A DNA stretch of 60,463 bases, filler included, from Sluysia triapertura (taxonomy: Eukaryota), in NCBI GenBank assembly GCA_046118255.1. It is 4 parts of 4 records of this genome, joined end to end, with 100 filler letters (N's around TTAATTAATTAA, not from the genome) between each part and the next. Parts side by side here need not be neighbours in the genome. Positions count along the whole stretch, not along the records: positions 30,841 to 49,343 come from JBJNIA010139725.1; positions 49,444 to 60,463 come from JBJNIA010190053.1; 2 more parts are not named here. The stretch is one strand, 5' to 3'. Numbering within the stretch: the stretch's first letter is position 1; each line of letters opens with the position of its first letter. Position numbers and translations under genes: made by a program. Positions 38,821 to 51,849 of the stretch are shown here, in pieces. The notes beneath the pieces are model-generated. The model was not told the DNA's origin, did no database searches, and saw only the letters and a program-made list of their open reading frames with translations.

Positions 38821-39599
38821 TTTTGAATCATATAAGTAGCCAAAAAAGTTAGATCACATAATTAGAGAAGAGACAACTTATTGACCTGTAAATTCATTAA
38901 ACTTTATAAAATCCTGTGGACTCGTCCGTATACGATAAATCGTGTTATACATGTGGACCCATCTTAAATTTCTTTTTATAATTGTTCAAAGCTAAGGAAA
39001 GCGAACAATATTGAATCACCCAAAATTTTTGAAGAAAATGCTGTAGTTGAAATTATTCAACAACCTGCAAGCACAGTGAATAAGGGAAATTGTCATAATT
39101 ATTTTCAAAGGTCGAAATGCAAGAAGATCGCAGAAGAGAAATCGTCAAGGGGTGCAGCTGAAACATTTATATAAACAGCGTAATCTGTTTACGAGTTAAA
39201 TGAAATCTCCTTCAAACCCTTTTCTCAAAAATAATTAAGGATTTTTTAATATAATGTTTAATAATAGTGCACATAAAACCACCATATAAAATCACGATTT
39301 ATTATATTTATATGCTTTTTAGTCTGTTTCTTTCGTGTTTTTATGTCCATGCCAAAGCAGAAACCTTCGACGAAATCAAACACTTTTACAATGGAATAGA
39401 TTGATTTTGCATGGAGAACTTCAGCCCTTATTTCTTTCCTAATTCTTCAATTATGCATAATTTTCTGAATAGCGAACTCGATATTATCTGGCTTATGGTA
39501 ACTACCTGTTTCTGTACCCTCTTTGTCCAGTTCTAGAGAAGTCCATTTATTCGTCAATTTCATAGTTTTCTTCGTGAATAATAGAAAATCTTACTCGTA

Positions 39600-40010
39600 A
39601 TTTTGTCATCTAAAGTACATTAGTACTGTTTCCTTTTTTGCTTGCACTATGTGCAAAAGGTAATCAAAACCCTGAGTATCAGAAACATAAAACTTTACTT
39701 AACGATGAGATAAAACTTCTCTTTCTAGTCTTTCGATATGCGGTGGATTTTTGTGCCAATATAAGTTCCATTCTGAAGTTAAGATCAAAACAGCCTGGAC
39801 GAAAATTGCTTGTCTGATGCAGCGGACATTGACGATGTTCATCAATATTGGCTCAGATGTTTTCATGAACGATGTCTAATTTGAATTTGTTATCGAAATT
39901 CTGCTCTTTCCATTTGGTTGGTTAAGATACATCATAAATATACTTTTTCATCCAGCTTGTCAGACCTCTTTGCCAAGATTGGACAGACGTCCAAGTTTCT
40001 AAACCATTTC
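39600..40010 (-). mobile_element. Possible retrotransposon integrase relic
   Basis: ENI*ANIDEHRQCPLHQ resembles the second half of the HHCC finger (DIxxxxxxCxxCQ). GC is elevated and there are many stops. Confidence 0.3.
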
Positions 40011-40148
40011 NNNNNNNNNNNNNNNNNNNNNNNNNNNNNNNNNNNNNNNNNNNNNNNNNNNNNNNNNNNNNNNNNNNNNNNNNNNNNNNNNNNNNNNNNN
40101 NNNNNNNNNNNNNNNNNNNNNNNNNNNNNNNNNNNNNNNNNNNNNNNN
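40011..40148. other. Assembly gap
   Basis: Run of N. Confidence 0.99.
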
Positions 40149-40559
40149 TGGGTTACGAATACAAAAAGTTAAGAGATAGAAATTGATATATGTTAGTGTA
40201 ATTTATCAGCACTAGAAAATATATCGGCCAATAAACACTTTAAAATGCACAATTATATTGCCTTTGCAGATTTAATTGGTTTATTAAAATAAAAAAATAT
40301 AATAATAATAATTGATTTAAACAATTTATAACAATTCCAAATCGAAACTCCACTTCAACCATGTTATGCCTCAAACTCAAGAATAAAACCATCCACAATC
40401 ACCATAGGAATTTCACATCCACCAGTAGGGATTACTAAACATCGCGGTGGTAAATCCGGTACCAAAAGCATTTTGGCACAAAGAAACGCAAAAATTAGTA
40501 TGGAAAGGTCGAGAATGCACATTTATCAACTTCATTCACGAATTTGTAAGGCACGTTAC

Positions 40560-40740
40560 TAATGTCACCAAAAGATGTAAGATTTTCTAAATTGGATATA
40601 TTGATATTTGCTCTAATTTATATTGCTTTTCGAAAAGCGTTTAACTGAAGATGCAACCTGGTTACCATGTACTCCCTCCTTGGTCACATTACGGTTGTCA
40701 TTCTGGAGTATGCAACAGTCATTTTAATTCGGTTTGTCTT
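40560..40740 (+). mobile_element. CR1/L2-like LINE reverse transcriptase relic
   Basis: FALIYIAFRKAFN (IYLDFxKAFD motif) at about 40607-40645 and TMYSLLGHITVVILEYATVI (LYxSLVRxxLEYAxxI motif), joined by an internal deletion. Confidence 0.65.
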
Positions 40741-43579
40741 TTTAAATAGTGAGAATATAAAATATAATTTCGATAGTGCAACAGATTATTTTGCTTTAGG
40801 AAAAACTTATTACCATATATGTTACCATATATCGTGTTAATTAAAACATTATGTAACTGTGACTGTGTTCTAAAGAAAATAATACTGAAGAAAATTAAAA
40901 AGTAATATTATGAAAATGTGGTAAATGGAAGAAGATGATAAAGAGAAGTTTAAAAATCGAATTTCAGCAGAATATAATGAAGAAAACGAATAACTCGTTT
41001 TAAAATTTTTGATTCATTATTTTAAAACGAAGCTAAAGTATTAGTTGCAACATTTATGAATGTTTCCGACATATTACTAAATACGGTTTGAATTATATTT
41101 TCGGCCTGATGTTTGTAGCTGAGGTCATTGTTTAATTTGTCGTTACCAATACCAAAAGATCATTTGGTATAATATATGGTTATTCTGGACCAGGAGATAT
41201 AGTTGACTGTAAAAGTTTGTTGATCATTTACCAACTTTGAAAAGAAATCCAATAATTGGTATACAATGAATTTTAATATAACACTATTACAAATTATATA
41301 ATTGTTGAGAAACCTTTTATGCGGTTGCAGAAGCATTTAAATAGTCTTTAAGAACAGGTTATAAAATGTCTGATCGAATATATTAAAAATAAGTAATATT
41401 AATATAATAAATTATTTCTTTCAGAATTTTAAAGAATTATTAATGATATGAATAATGTAATTTTTATATTTATGTATGTACGCAATATTTATATGTAAAA
41501 TAATACATTTGGTTGTAATATTATTTGAAATGTCTAAAATTAATTACTATAATTATTAGTTTTATTGTAAATACTAATTTTATTGTATTATTAGTTTTAT
41601 AGTTTTATTAATATCATATGAAAAAGTAAATATTAAAAATTTTTAGATTTTAAAAGTTAAAGTTCAAAATTATTAGTTTTTTTAAAACGCATAAGATTAA
41701 ATAATCATAAAAAATTAGTTATGCGTAGGAGATACTATAAAAGGTATTAATTTGATAAGTAAATGCACAAGTTAAAAATATTTTAAATCTAAAAGTTTGA
41801 ATATTTCACAAGTTATTAAATCGAATTTTTAATCTTCGACATCTATTCAACAGTTTAGAAATCATTTCTAAAATTATTCAGTTTAATAATTTTCATTTTT
41901 TGTTAGTATCGTTAGTTTATTAGCAGTCTTAAAGGCTAACAAAATTTAACGCAAAATCTATAATATATATAATTAATAATTATTAATTACATAACTTTTA
42001 ATTTAGTTATTTTAAATTACTTTTAAATAAAATGATCTTTCGATTATTCATCTAGAAATAATCGCGATAAAATTCTAATTGTAAATTTATATTTTCATCT
42101 ACAATATATCCTAAAAAGTTTATTATTTAATTTATTCTCAATATATTTTTGTAATGCATTTTATTATTATTATTATTTTTTAAAGTAAATCAAAAGTAAA
42201 TTTCTCTTTAAATTCCATAGTTATAATTTTGCAAAAAATCTACGAATTACTTTAAAACGGTAATATTAAATATTAAACTTATTCTAATCTCACTATAAAA
42301 CGGAATACTAATTACCGATTTGTTTTAAAAGTTTAAAAGCACTATACATTCTAAGAAACTTTCACCATCATATCGCCTTACTTTACTTTGAAAATTTAAC
42401 ATCTAGTAAGTACACATTACTGTTCTAAGAAAAAATATACGGAGTAGCTGTAACACGTAAGCCTAGGATCGTAGGTGAACTCACACGAATTATTTTAATG
42501 TCGAAATATTTCATAAACAATTATACAATAAATTATTTAACTTTTAAAATTTATTGAATTTTGAAATATTTTTTGTTTAATTTTAAATTTAAATATAATA
42601 TTTGATTTGGCTGTAGTTTTTTAATTCCTAACATAGGGTAAAATAAAATGAGCAGGGTTCGGTTACAGTAAACGTCTTAAGCGTTCTTGTAACTATAATT
42701 AAGTAAAATTTAATTCAATGAAATCATTTGTTTTCTCTTATCGTAAAATAGAGGGTCCTAATTTTAACTCATCGATCAATCTGGTTTAGATTTCTGAATA
42801 ATTATTTACTTCAAAATTCTCTGAAATTATAACCATTATGTGATTTATAAACTATTCTTTTACGAAATTTAAATTAAAATAATAACAATCGAGTGAAATG
42901 AATATTGCGTCTTTGAATTAACCGATTACAATAAGTCAGTAATAGCTTAATTTATGTAAACGGAATCCAAATATTTTGAATACCTATCAAAATAAATTTG
43001 AGAAATCATATAAAATTCACAACATTTCTTACATATACAGAACATTAAATAAATTACTTGACTCATTCATAAAACAAACCTATTCGTTGTACATAATTAT
43101 CATGAACTATAATTATTATAAATTCAATCATACTAAAATTTATAATAATTATTATCATTATTGTTATATAAAATGATTATCATATAATAACATCACGATA
43201 TCATCAACATCATCATTTTAAAATATAACAATTATATCATTAGTATCTCTCTTTCTTTTTACATGTGTGTGATTCTACGTTAGATTCTACATTCCTCAGA
43301 GCCATTATGAAGCCATAAATCAAATATATGTTATAAAAAATTAACGAAGGAAAAAATCATTTAAGTCTAATGAAAAGTCTCATTCTCAATGTAATGTTCA
43401 ACTCACCCATAAATCTTCAATACATCCAACCACAAATCTTTCATACACAGTACAACGTTACCACATCTTTCACACAGGCCAATACTTAAAATATAATACA
43501 CCTTAAACAAATTATCTACTTTAAAGGCATCATATTAATATGCTTATCTAAAATATAACGTAATACATCTAAATTACAG

Positions 43580-44547
43580 TAATTTATCGAATAACGATAC
43601 TTCAATCCGCTGATATCGCTCTACCCAACTACACCAACATTGTGTCAATTTTACATTCTCCTTTTTATTATTTGAAGATAAATAAAGATATTTCGAATTT
43701 TTGTAAAAACAATTCACTTGTAGCTTTTTTTTCAAGTCTATTCATGATTGTGGCTATACAAGGTTTGCAAGCTTCACAAGGCGTACGTTATAATATATTC
43801 GTGGTTAGCAGCAGTGAGCATCAAATAAAGTGGAAATAAATAATTTACGCAAATATATCATCGATTTGGATCTTCTGCTTCAAATGAATCATTGTATATC
43901 AATAATTTGTTTGGTTTATGGATTGTTGTCAACGCCCAGGACAATCTACGATATCAGCAAGTACATTGTTTATCGTTCTTCAGTTGGACTGAGCTCATTA
44001 ACCAGTAGCAGTAAAAATAAACTAAATATTGAAAAGGGATTTTCCACCAATGGTATTTCTAACAATCCCGAAATTTCATCAAATTATCGTTAAATAATTC
44101 AACCAGATTATATCAAGACACGATGTTTCGTGAAACGTTATTACAAAATCTTGAATTCATCATTCAATATCTTTATTATCTTTTTTTTATATTAAAATTC
44201 TTACTCTTCTAAAACACGTTAATAAAGCACGAAAATTGGTAGTGTCACTGATGCCTTGTAAATCAAAATCATCGGTTGTTATACTACCATCATCGTGTCG
44301 TAATGTTACTGATCCAACAAGAACAAGTACAACAACATATAATTCCAGTAATATCCAGACGCATTTAAATATAACTCAAGTTAGACTAAATATGGCTACC
44401 GCTGTTCAACTTGATGTAGAACAAGCTCATAGTGATTCTAAACGAGAATCACTTACTCTAACATTTAAATCTCGTTCAGCTAGTTGCAATAATGATAAAA
44501 ATCAATCTACAAATCAGTCAATATTAAGATGCTCGTATAATATGTAA
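43580..44547 (+). pseudogene. Decayed class A peptide-type GPCR (TM5/6/7 and C-tail)
   Basis: ISIICLVYGLLSTPRTIYDI is TM6-like with the Pro kink. In the same frame after the TAA at 44091 comes KILNSSFNIFII (TM7 NSSxNxxIY type). A frameshifted RKLVVSLMPCK plus Ser/Thr-rich tail follows (helix 8 and palmitoyl-Cys). Upstream are hydrophobic NSLVAFFSSLFMIVAI and several N-glycosylation sequons. Confidence 0.55.
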
Positions 44548-45529
44548 TTAGTATTATTATTACTATTAATATTAGAAAGAATTATTTATTTACAAAAATA
44601 AGTAGTCTAAAATTGGAAAAAAAATTGAAACAATATTATAGATAGTAAATCACTATTTATTATAAGTTATATGATTTCGATTACTATTAATGAATTCATT
44701 TGGGTGTTACAAACTTATGTGAGTCAAGTAAAGCTGTCAGACCTCACTATATGAACTTTTACTTCGAGATAATGTATGACACCAACTTCATCACAATTTG
44801 AAAAAGAATAGAAGAATTATGAAAAAGTTATTTACCGTCATTTTGCATTACAGTTTTGTTAATGCAGATACAAAAATAATAATTTAATTCAAATGTATAT
44901 ATAACAATTTATACGAATGTCATAAAGTTATGAATATGAAATACTTGGTCATTAATTCAAGCATTGGTCATTAATCAGAAACGTTTATACATTTAATTAC
45001 GATGTAATTTGTGTTGTAATTGTCTGCATAATTAATTGAATCGAAATTTGATATTTTATCGTCGTCCGTCATTTGTCTTTATTTTTAGAATAACATTTTC
45101 TAAATTGTTTTAAATTGTAAATTATTCTCAACTGAATAAATATTAAATTAATTGTTTTAATTGGGATATTTACATGTTTAATTGTTAATTAATAAAATTA
45201 AAATGCAATACAAAAACGTGGACTTGAATGTGTAGAGTCGGAGTTTATGTAACTCTAAAAATACGATATGTACAAAGAACAAAAGCATCGACCACAACAA
45301 TAAAGAAAGTAATAAAAGTACTGAACAATTCCGTTAAAAAATAGTCTGAAATAATGAGTGTAATATCGAAAATACAATTTCATTGTTTCACTGAATTATT
45401 TCAACAATGCTGAAGAATACTTTGGAGTTTCCAGAAACATTTGTAATATTCTAACATTCTTGAACCTTTGAGAACATTTGAAGTCCTATTGTTGAGGTGC
45501 ACAGACCTACCAGTGGCATTTAGAATTAT

Positions 45530-45625
45530 AATAGTACGATTGACTATAATAAAATGCAATTGTTAGCGTAGTGGTCAGAGTTATGAGGTGAGAGATCCCG
45601 GTCAGTCCATTTATTGAAGTCATGT
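45530..45625 (+). repeat. Degenerate second copy of the tRNA-like repeat
   Basis: TAGTACGATTGACTATAATAAAATGCAATTGTTAG..AGTGGT..GATCCCGGTCAGTCCATTTATTGAAGTC matches 2155-2277, including both flanks, with an internal deletion. Confidence 0.7.
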
Positions 45626-46239
45626 ATTTCGTTAAGTCATTTGTGATTGTGAGGTTGTGCTTTTAGTAATAATGATAATGTAATAATAATAACAATCTAT
45701 TAGTAATTAGTTTATTATCAAAAAAGGCGTTTTAATTCAAATACCTGCAAGGCAATAAATTCATTGAAAATGATGCGATTACTCGCACCATGTATATTTT
45801 ATGAAACAGTCCCAGATATAATATTTTATAAAGTGTTTTTGGAAGTAACTGGAAATAATTTTTGAAGGAAATAATTCGATTAAACATTCGTTGACACTGT
45901 CGTTTCATCGACTTACGTCAGTCGATTAGTTAAGTGAAGATAAAAATTTTTACTTAAAACTTTATTCAATATTCTGATAATAATTTAATACACTACTGCG
46001 AATTAACTACTTATTTAATATTTAATTTTATTTTCTCTTTGATGATGATTCAAATGAAAAAGGGTTATTTATTTCTGTACTTTATGCATCGTGTGAGTAC
46101 GCGTTGGGTTTGGTTTTTATATACATTTTAATATAAAAATAAAATGTATCATTGAGGAATCAAGATAAAACATTACGATGAATTGTGATAAAATATTTTA
46201 AATCAAAACGAATGAAAAATACGAAGAAAGAACCCTTTT

Positions 46240-47040
46240 ATAAGGTTTTACTTGTTAAAATATTAAAGTATATTTGTTAATTACTTTAACTAAAAATTGT
46301 TTAATTTGATAACTTAGTAAAAAAATGTTTGCTCATGGTAAAATAATAATATTAGAGTTAGTGTTTAATGTTGGATTTTATTAGTGTTCTTACGAAGGAC
46401 GTCAACGCAGATAAAGTAAAAATGAGTTATTTTATACAATTTATATATTCTCTGATGTTTAAGTATAATTAAAGTATATATTAAATTGATGCTCATAAAG
46501 GTAGCAAGTAAAATTTGTTGCGACTTACGGTTGACGCACGACATATTACATAAAATATTTCTACGAAAAGAAATTTAGTATTTGGTTATTTTTATCTTTA
46601 TTTTAAGTTGATAAATTTTGCTAACAACAGAATATTAATGTAATAACTATGTTAAATTTTAATTTAATTATGTTGTAAAGATAAGGGGATTGTTTATCAC
46701 AAATCCTATTATCTTGGGATAATTGAGGAGGAAATAAAATTAGAAATTACTTTTGAAATTTAATTATTAAAATTAGTCTGGATATGATTGACTAAAAAGA
46801 ATGAATGGTTTGATAAGTAATTATTTCCATTTTCCAATTTTTAATATCCTAAGCAATTACCAAACTGCTACATGAACAAGTAGATTTTTGCCGTAAAATA
46901 AAAATAAGATAGCTGATAACTTGGTATGCAAAACTTTATCGCCATTAATAACGCTGCTTTAACGCATTTATGATAAATCCAGCAATTGATTAAACTTTAG
47001 AAACAATAGTTTTATTGTTAAGGTTAGTCACTTAAGTTAT
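46240..47040 (-). repeat. Unclassified interspersed repeat family B, copy 4 (inverted)
   Basis: GACGTCAACGCAGATAAAGTAAA at 46398 is the reverse complement of the family motif. Confidence 0.65.
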
Positions 47041-47715
47041 TCTTATTTTATTAGTTTTAATCTTGTTGTGTCACCTCTGGATTTTATAGATTTAGTACAT
47101 AAGATAGTGATTTATAATTGATAGTGATTTATAATTGATGAATTTATCTATTGAAAGTACAACGTATTTCTGAAAACAATAAGAACAATAATTAAAATAA
47201 TAAAGACGAAATCATTTTAAAATGTCTAGAGCCTTAATTTTAGAAATGTGTACCAAAATACACTTAGAACTGAATTAGGATTGAAATATAAACATGCACA
47301 AAATTATAATTCATTAAATTATAGACAGACTAGATTGTATCTTCGAATTCATTTTATGAAAAATTCTGATTTATTCAGATTAATACCTTTCACAATCACT
47401 TTATTCAAAAGGAGCCTTTTTAAACGGTACAATAAAATCAACTTAAAATCATTTGTTATTTCTTTGAAAAAGCCTTTTTTGGGGTATATATGTGAAAACC
47501 CCTTTAAATTTGCTGTTGAAAAAGTACGTATGTTCTTTAAGAATATGGCCTTACGATTCTTATTTAAGAAAATGTTGAAGATATAGACTGAGGACGTAAA
47601 CATGAACTTAATATGAAATATGATTTTACAATTATAATTGGTGAAGAGAGGAATGTCGACAGAGTTAAGTTCACTAGCATATAACTCGAGTCGAATTATT
47701 TTGTATTGTAGTACA

Positions 47716-49076
47716 TTATATTTTACTAGAGTTTCTAACTCTAGTGTATATCTTAACTTCTCTAATGTTTATTTTATTCATTGAGTTATTCTTTATAATT
47801 TCTGAATATGAAAAATATCTATGATGACCATAAACAACGTGTCTTATCAATTTTAGATTATCAAGCTTATCTAGTAATGACTGATTGTTTACATTATGAC
47901 AGTTTTTAATGATATATTTCTTAGTTAATTTTAAAGACTTTGAGTACACAGAATAAAGACAACACATACGAATATATATTTTAGCTATGATTAACATTAT
48001 TGTATTTTTTAGACTTTCATATACATATTCTCCTTGTTCCACTTTACAGGTATTTGGAATTTCTAAAAAGTTAAAATTATAATAAATGTTAAATTTATAA
48101 CTAACAAAAACTAGTACGTTAAAATCAAATATACTATGACTGATTGCAAAGTCGAATATGCTCATTTCGGTTGAATTATACATATTGGCTAAAAAGTAAA
48201 CAAGCAACTTCATTCCTTTAATATTCCATCTCTTGTGAATAATTTTCTTGATGACTAATATTGCATCTTCATTTTGGGTCTTTTTCTTTAAATAATTACA
48301 TCTACAATTATTAGGAAGGTGTACTAATTGATATAGCACTTTACGTATTTCCTTTTCTTTGTTCATCTTACCAAAGCTAAATGACTTTAAAATATCATGA
48401 TCATCACGAAAACTAAAAATAAGACATTATAGTTGAATTCATACAATATATAAAACGGTCTTTGATTAGAAATAATTGTCATCATATCATAGTTTACAGA
48501 AAGATAGAATATGTTGGAGCCTTTGATAATGTTAACTAAATAGTGTACACTATCGTTGTTATTCAATATCGACAAGAAGGACCTACAGATTGATCTTTTT
48601 GCATATATACCAACGTGATAATGTCGTTGAAAATATATTTTATCAATTGAATTAACATCCGTGTTTCCTGGTTTTATTCTTGGTAATGAATACTTTAATT
48701 TCAATTCATAGGAATTACAAATACTAAATTTAGAAAATTTGATGATTAAAATTACGTTATCAAATAAGACTACAGGATTAACAACATTTATATTCTGATA
48801 ATTATCCTTTAGTATTGTCGAGACATTTAAATCTTTAACTAAATTTGAATGTTGATATTTTAATAGATTTATCACCACTAGAACCATATCAGACACATCA
48901 AAAACTGATCCAGTTTTACACTTTAGATATTGAGTTTTTGTACAATCTTTACTTACATTGACCGTTTGTTGATGATTGAAATACTTCGAAACGAATATAT
49001 TGTCGTTACTTGTTTTCATAAACATTATGAATGATAATTTATTAAGTTTATTCTGTCTGGAATCTAAATTTGTCAT
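47716..49076 (-). CDS. Uncharacterised protein, ~442 aa, at least two exons
   Basis: The 229-aa and 216-aa ORFs join in frame when a 32-nt GTATGA...TTTTTAG intron (48413-48444) is removed (632+697 nt). ORFs this long are very unlikely by chance at this AT content. No family recognised. The 3' end may extend further. Confidence 0.65.
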
Positions 49077-49160
49077 TGTCTAGACATAAAATTTCGGTTG
49101 TACCAATTTTTATTTTTAATTGTGCTTGAGTATTATGGCTGCCAAAATTTTTATTTCGCT

Positions 49161-49227
49161 TCACCCAATCAGATGAAAATAATTAGTTAATTTTGTATTT
49201 ATGATGTGAAGTAATCTGATTGGGTGA
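49161..49227. promoter_or_regulatory. Inverted pair of 14-bp CCAAT-containing motifs upstream of the orphan gene
   Basis: TCACCCAATCAGAT at 49161-49174 and its exact reverse complement at 49214-49227. Confidence 0.4.
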
Positions 49228-49269
49228 TATGAAGTAAGTTATGTGACGAAGATTAAAAACTGCCAGCTA

Positions 49270-49331
49270 ACCATCATCAAGGCTGACAGCTCAATGTTAA
49301 CGCTAAATGGGCTGTCAGCATTGGTGGTGGT
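49270..49331 (+). other. 62-nt GC-rich hairpin (pre-miRNA-like or transposon palindrome)
   Basis: ACCATCATCAA-G-GCTGACAGCTCA / TGGGCTGTCAGC-A-TTGGTGGTGGT: 23 pairs including 3 G:U, one mismatch, 14-nt loop. Confidence 0.55.
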
Positions 49332-51849
49332 AGTAACCAGTGTNNNNNNNNNNNNNNNNNNNNNNNNNNNNNNNNNNNNNNNNNNNNTTAATTAATTAAN
49401 NNNNNNNNNNNNNNNNNNNNNNNNNNNNNNNNNNNNNNNNNNNCATACTCTAACATTTTTGAAACCCTTTGAAAATAGAGGGGCCAACAACAATATTTCC
49501 AATTCTATAATCGCCCTCACCACAAAAATAAATTTAATTGCATTCACTACTTAATTTATTTTAGTAATAGAAAATAACAATTTAATTAATTACAATCAAA
49601 ATTTAATATTATTGTAATTAAATTTAGTAATGATACAGATTTAAATTAAAATATAAATTTTAATTAGACACTGTATAAGGAATTGCACAAAGAGAAATAA
49701 ATTGTTGCGACGAGATATTATTGTCCGAGAAGTTTTTGACATATCGATCAAAATATTGCTTATATATTGTTGAAGGACCGAAGCTGTTAATACTGAAAAC
49801 TGCAGTTATTAAAGACTTAACAAGACGCTGCTGCATCATTATATTTATAAGCTATATTGAACATAATATAATTTTAATTAATATAGTTTAGAGTAAGTTA
49901 ATATCTGAATAAAATTTCTTTTCTTTAATTAAATAATTCTTTACAACACATTACGAGAAAATTAAGTTTAATATCTTATTTAATTATAAATTCTAATATT
50001 TTACATAATATTATAGCGTTTACATTTTAGTTAATAAACTTTGATGTATTTAGTCTTTTATTTTTAATAAAGATGGAGAAAGTTTGAATTTTAATTAAAT
50101 AAAAAATTGCACTTCCATCTCGAATACCGGAGACGGGTAAAGACTCTAAACCTTCAGCATAAGTATTTAATTAAATTAATTAATTAAAATTAAGTAAATA
50201 ATAAAATAAAAGTAATTCTGCTTAACAGAATTGATAAGGAACAGATACTAACTCAAATAGAAACAATAAATCATAAATAAGAGTTAAATTTTTTAATCTA
50301 ACAACAATAATATTATTTCTACTACGTAAACATTATGTAATTGCGTAAGGTTGCAAAAATAGCATTTAACCTGTGATAAAAAGTAAAAAATTCTTGTGAA
50401 ATGCAGTTAAATGTTAACGAGATTCTATATTCCAAAAACATGAAGTGATTTTAAATCATACAAAGAATATTTTCATGTGTATAAGATGGTAATAAAATAC
50501 ACTAAAAAACTTAGATTTCTTCCAGAAGTTTTATGTTAAACGCCTAAGTTGCATTTAATTCAACTCACTCGACATTATTTCATTTCATTCTTAAAATATA
50601 CAAAAACCTCCAAACTCGTTAATTATAAATGTGATTTCACGAAATAGTTACAATAATTCATTAAAATTATTGTAGTTTTTATTACGTAAGTAATACAATA
50701 TTTTAATTTCGATACCAGAAAATTTAATCTCAGTTTTCATAATTTAAAATAGCATATAAAATAATATGAATAAATGGAAAATTTATCATGTTTTAAGTTG
50801 ATCTATTTTTGATAAAGTAATAAAATAAAAAATGTGACAAATTATCAATTAAAAATTTTATCACAATTCATTCATTCTAATAAATTATTTTTTATTTTTA
50901 AAATAATTTTGAAACAAATAAAATGTTATATATTAAGATCAAACTTATATGAAATAGTTTTAAAAATATATTAGCGACTCGTTAATAGCTTAACTGAGAC
51001 ATGATTTATACGCAGATATAAATATTCAATAATGCGATATTAATTTCACAATTATGATTTCTACGCACACTGTAATTACAAATAGATTGAAAGCATAATT
51101 ACGTTTGTAGTAAGCATAATTACTTAACAAAGTAAGTTATGAAATTATTTTTCAATTAAATCTATTTTATTTACTTACATAAGGCAGCGTTTTTATATCA
51201 CCTTCATTTACGTTAATGAAACAATATATAACTGAAATATTGTAAATATGGCCTTCTATCCAAATCTGTTTGAAAGGTAGTATTGGGTACTTGAATAAAT
51301 TTTCATTATTTAAAATATAAGAAAAAAAATTTATCAAAATTTTAACTACTTTTTTAAAGTTTCTTAAAATATTTAGCTTTAACTTTTGCTCGAATGTCGT
51401 AGAAAATTTAACAGTAAAATTAGAATGTCAAGTTACATTCTAACTAAATAGCACTTTTATTGTGACCGAAAGTAACTGGTTGCAAGAGTTGAAAGAAACT
51501 ATCTGTATTGAAGCTGAGGTGAGAAAGTTATTTTTAGCAACTGCAGAGAACTTTTAAAATATTATATTTATGAAATAAAATTTTGCCAAAAATATGCGTT
51601 ACTCTATGGATTATTTTATATGGTAAATACTCAATAAAATACTTTAACAGTTGTTATTTTAGCATGAAATTTTGTTTGTTGAGAGTAAAGCCATTTATCT
51701 AAAACATTTACAACATTCAAGAGCATATAAAACAATTTTTATAAATCTCATTAGCTTGGTACGTAAGTTCGTTAATCAATTTTTATATCTTGAAAAACAG
51801 TATTAAATGTTCAAAATTAAGACTAAAACAATTAACGATGAGTTTTAAA

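Noticed and set aside
47716-49076. Operon-like pair of intronless viral-style ORFs 20 bp apart
   Set aside because: A canonical 32-nt intron joins them in frame, so a single spliced gene is the simpler explanation.
51175-51430. Minus-strand open frame ...YPILPFKQIWIEGHIYNIS..., faintly RMI2/OB-fold-like
   Set aside because: No start, no consistent splice model and only a few matching residues.
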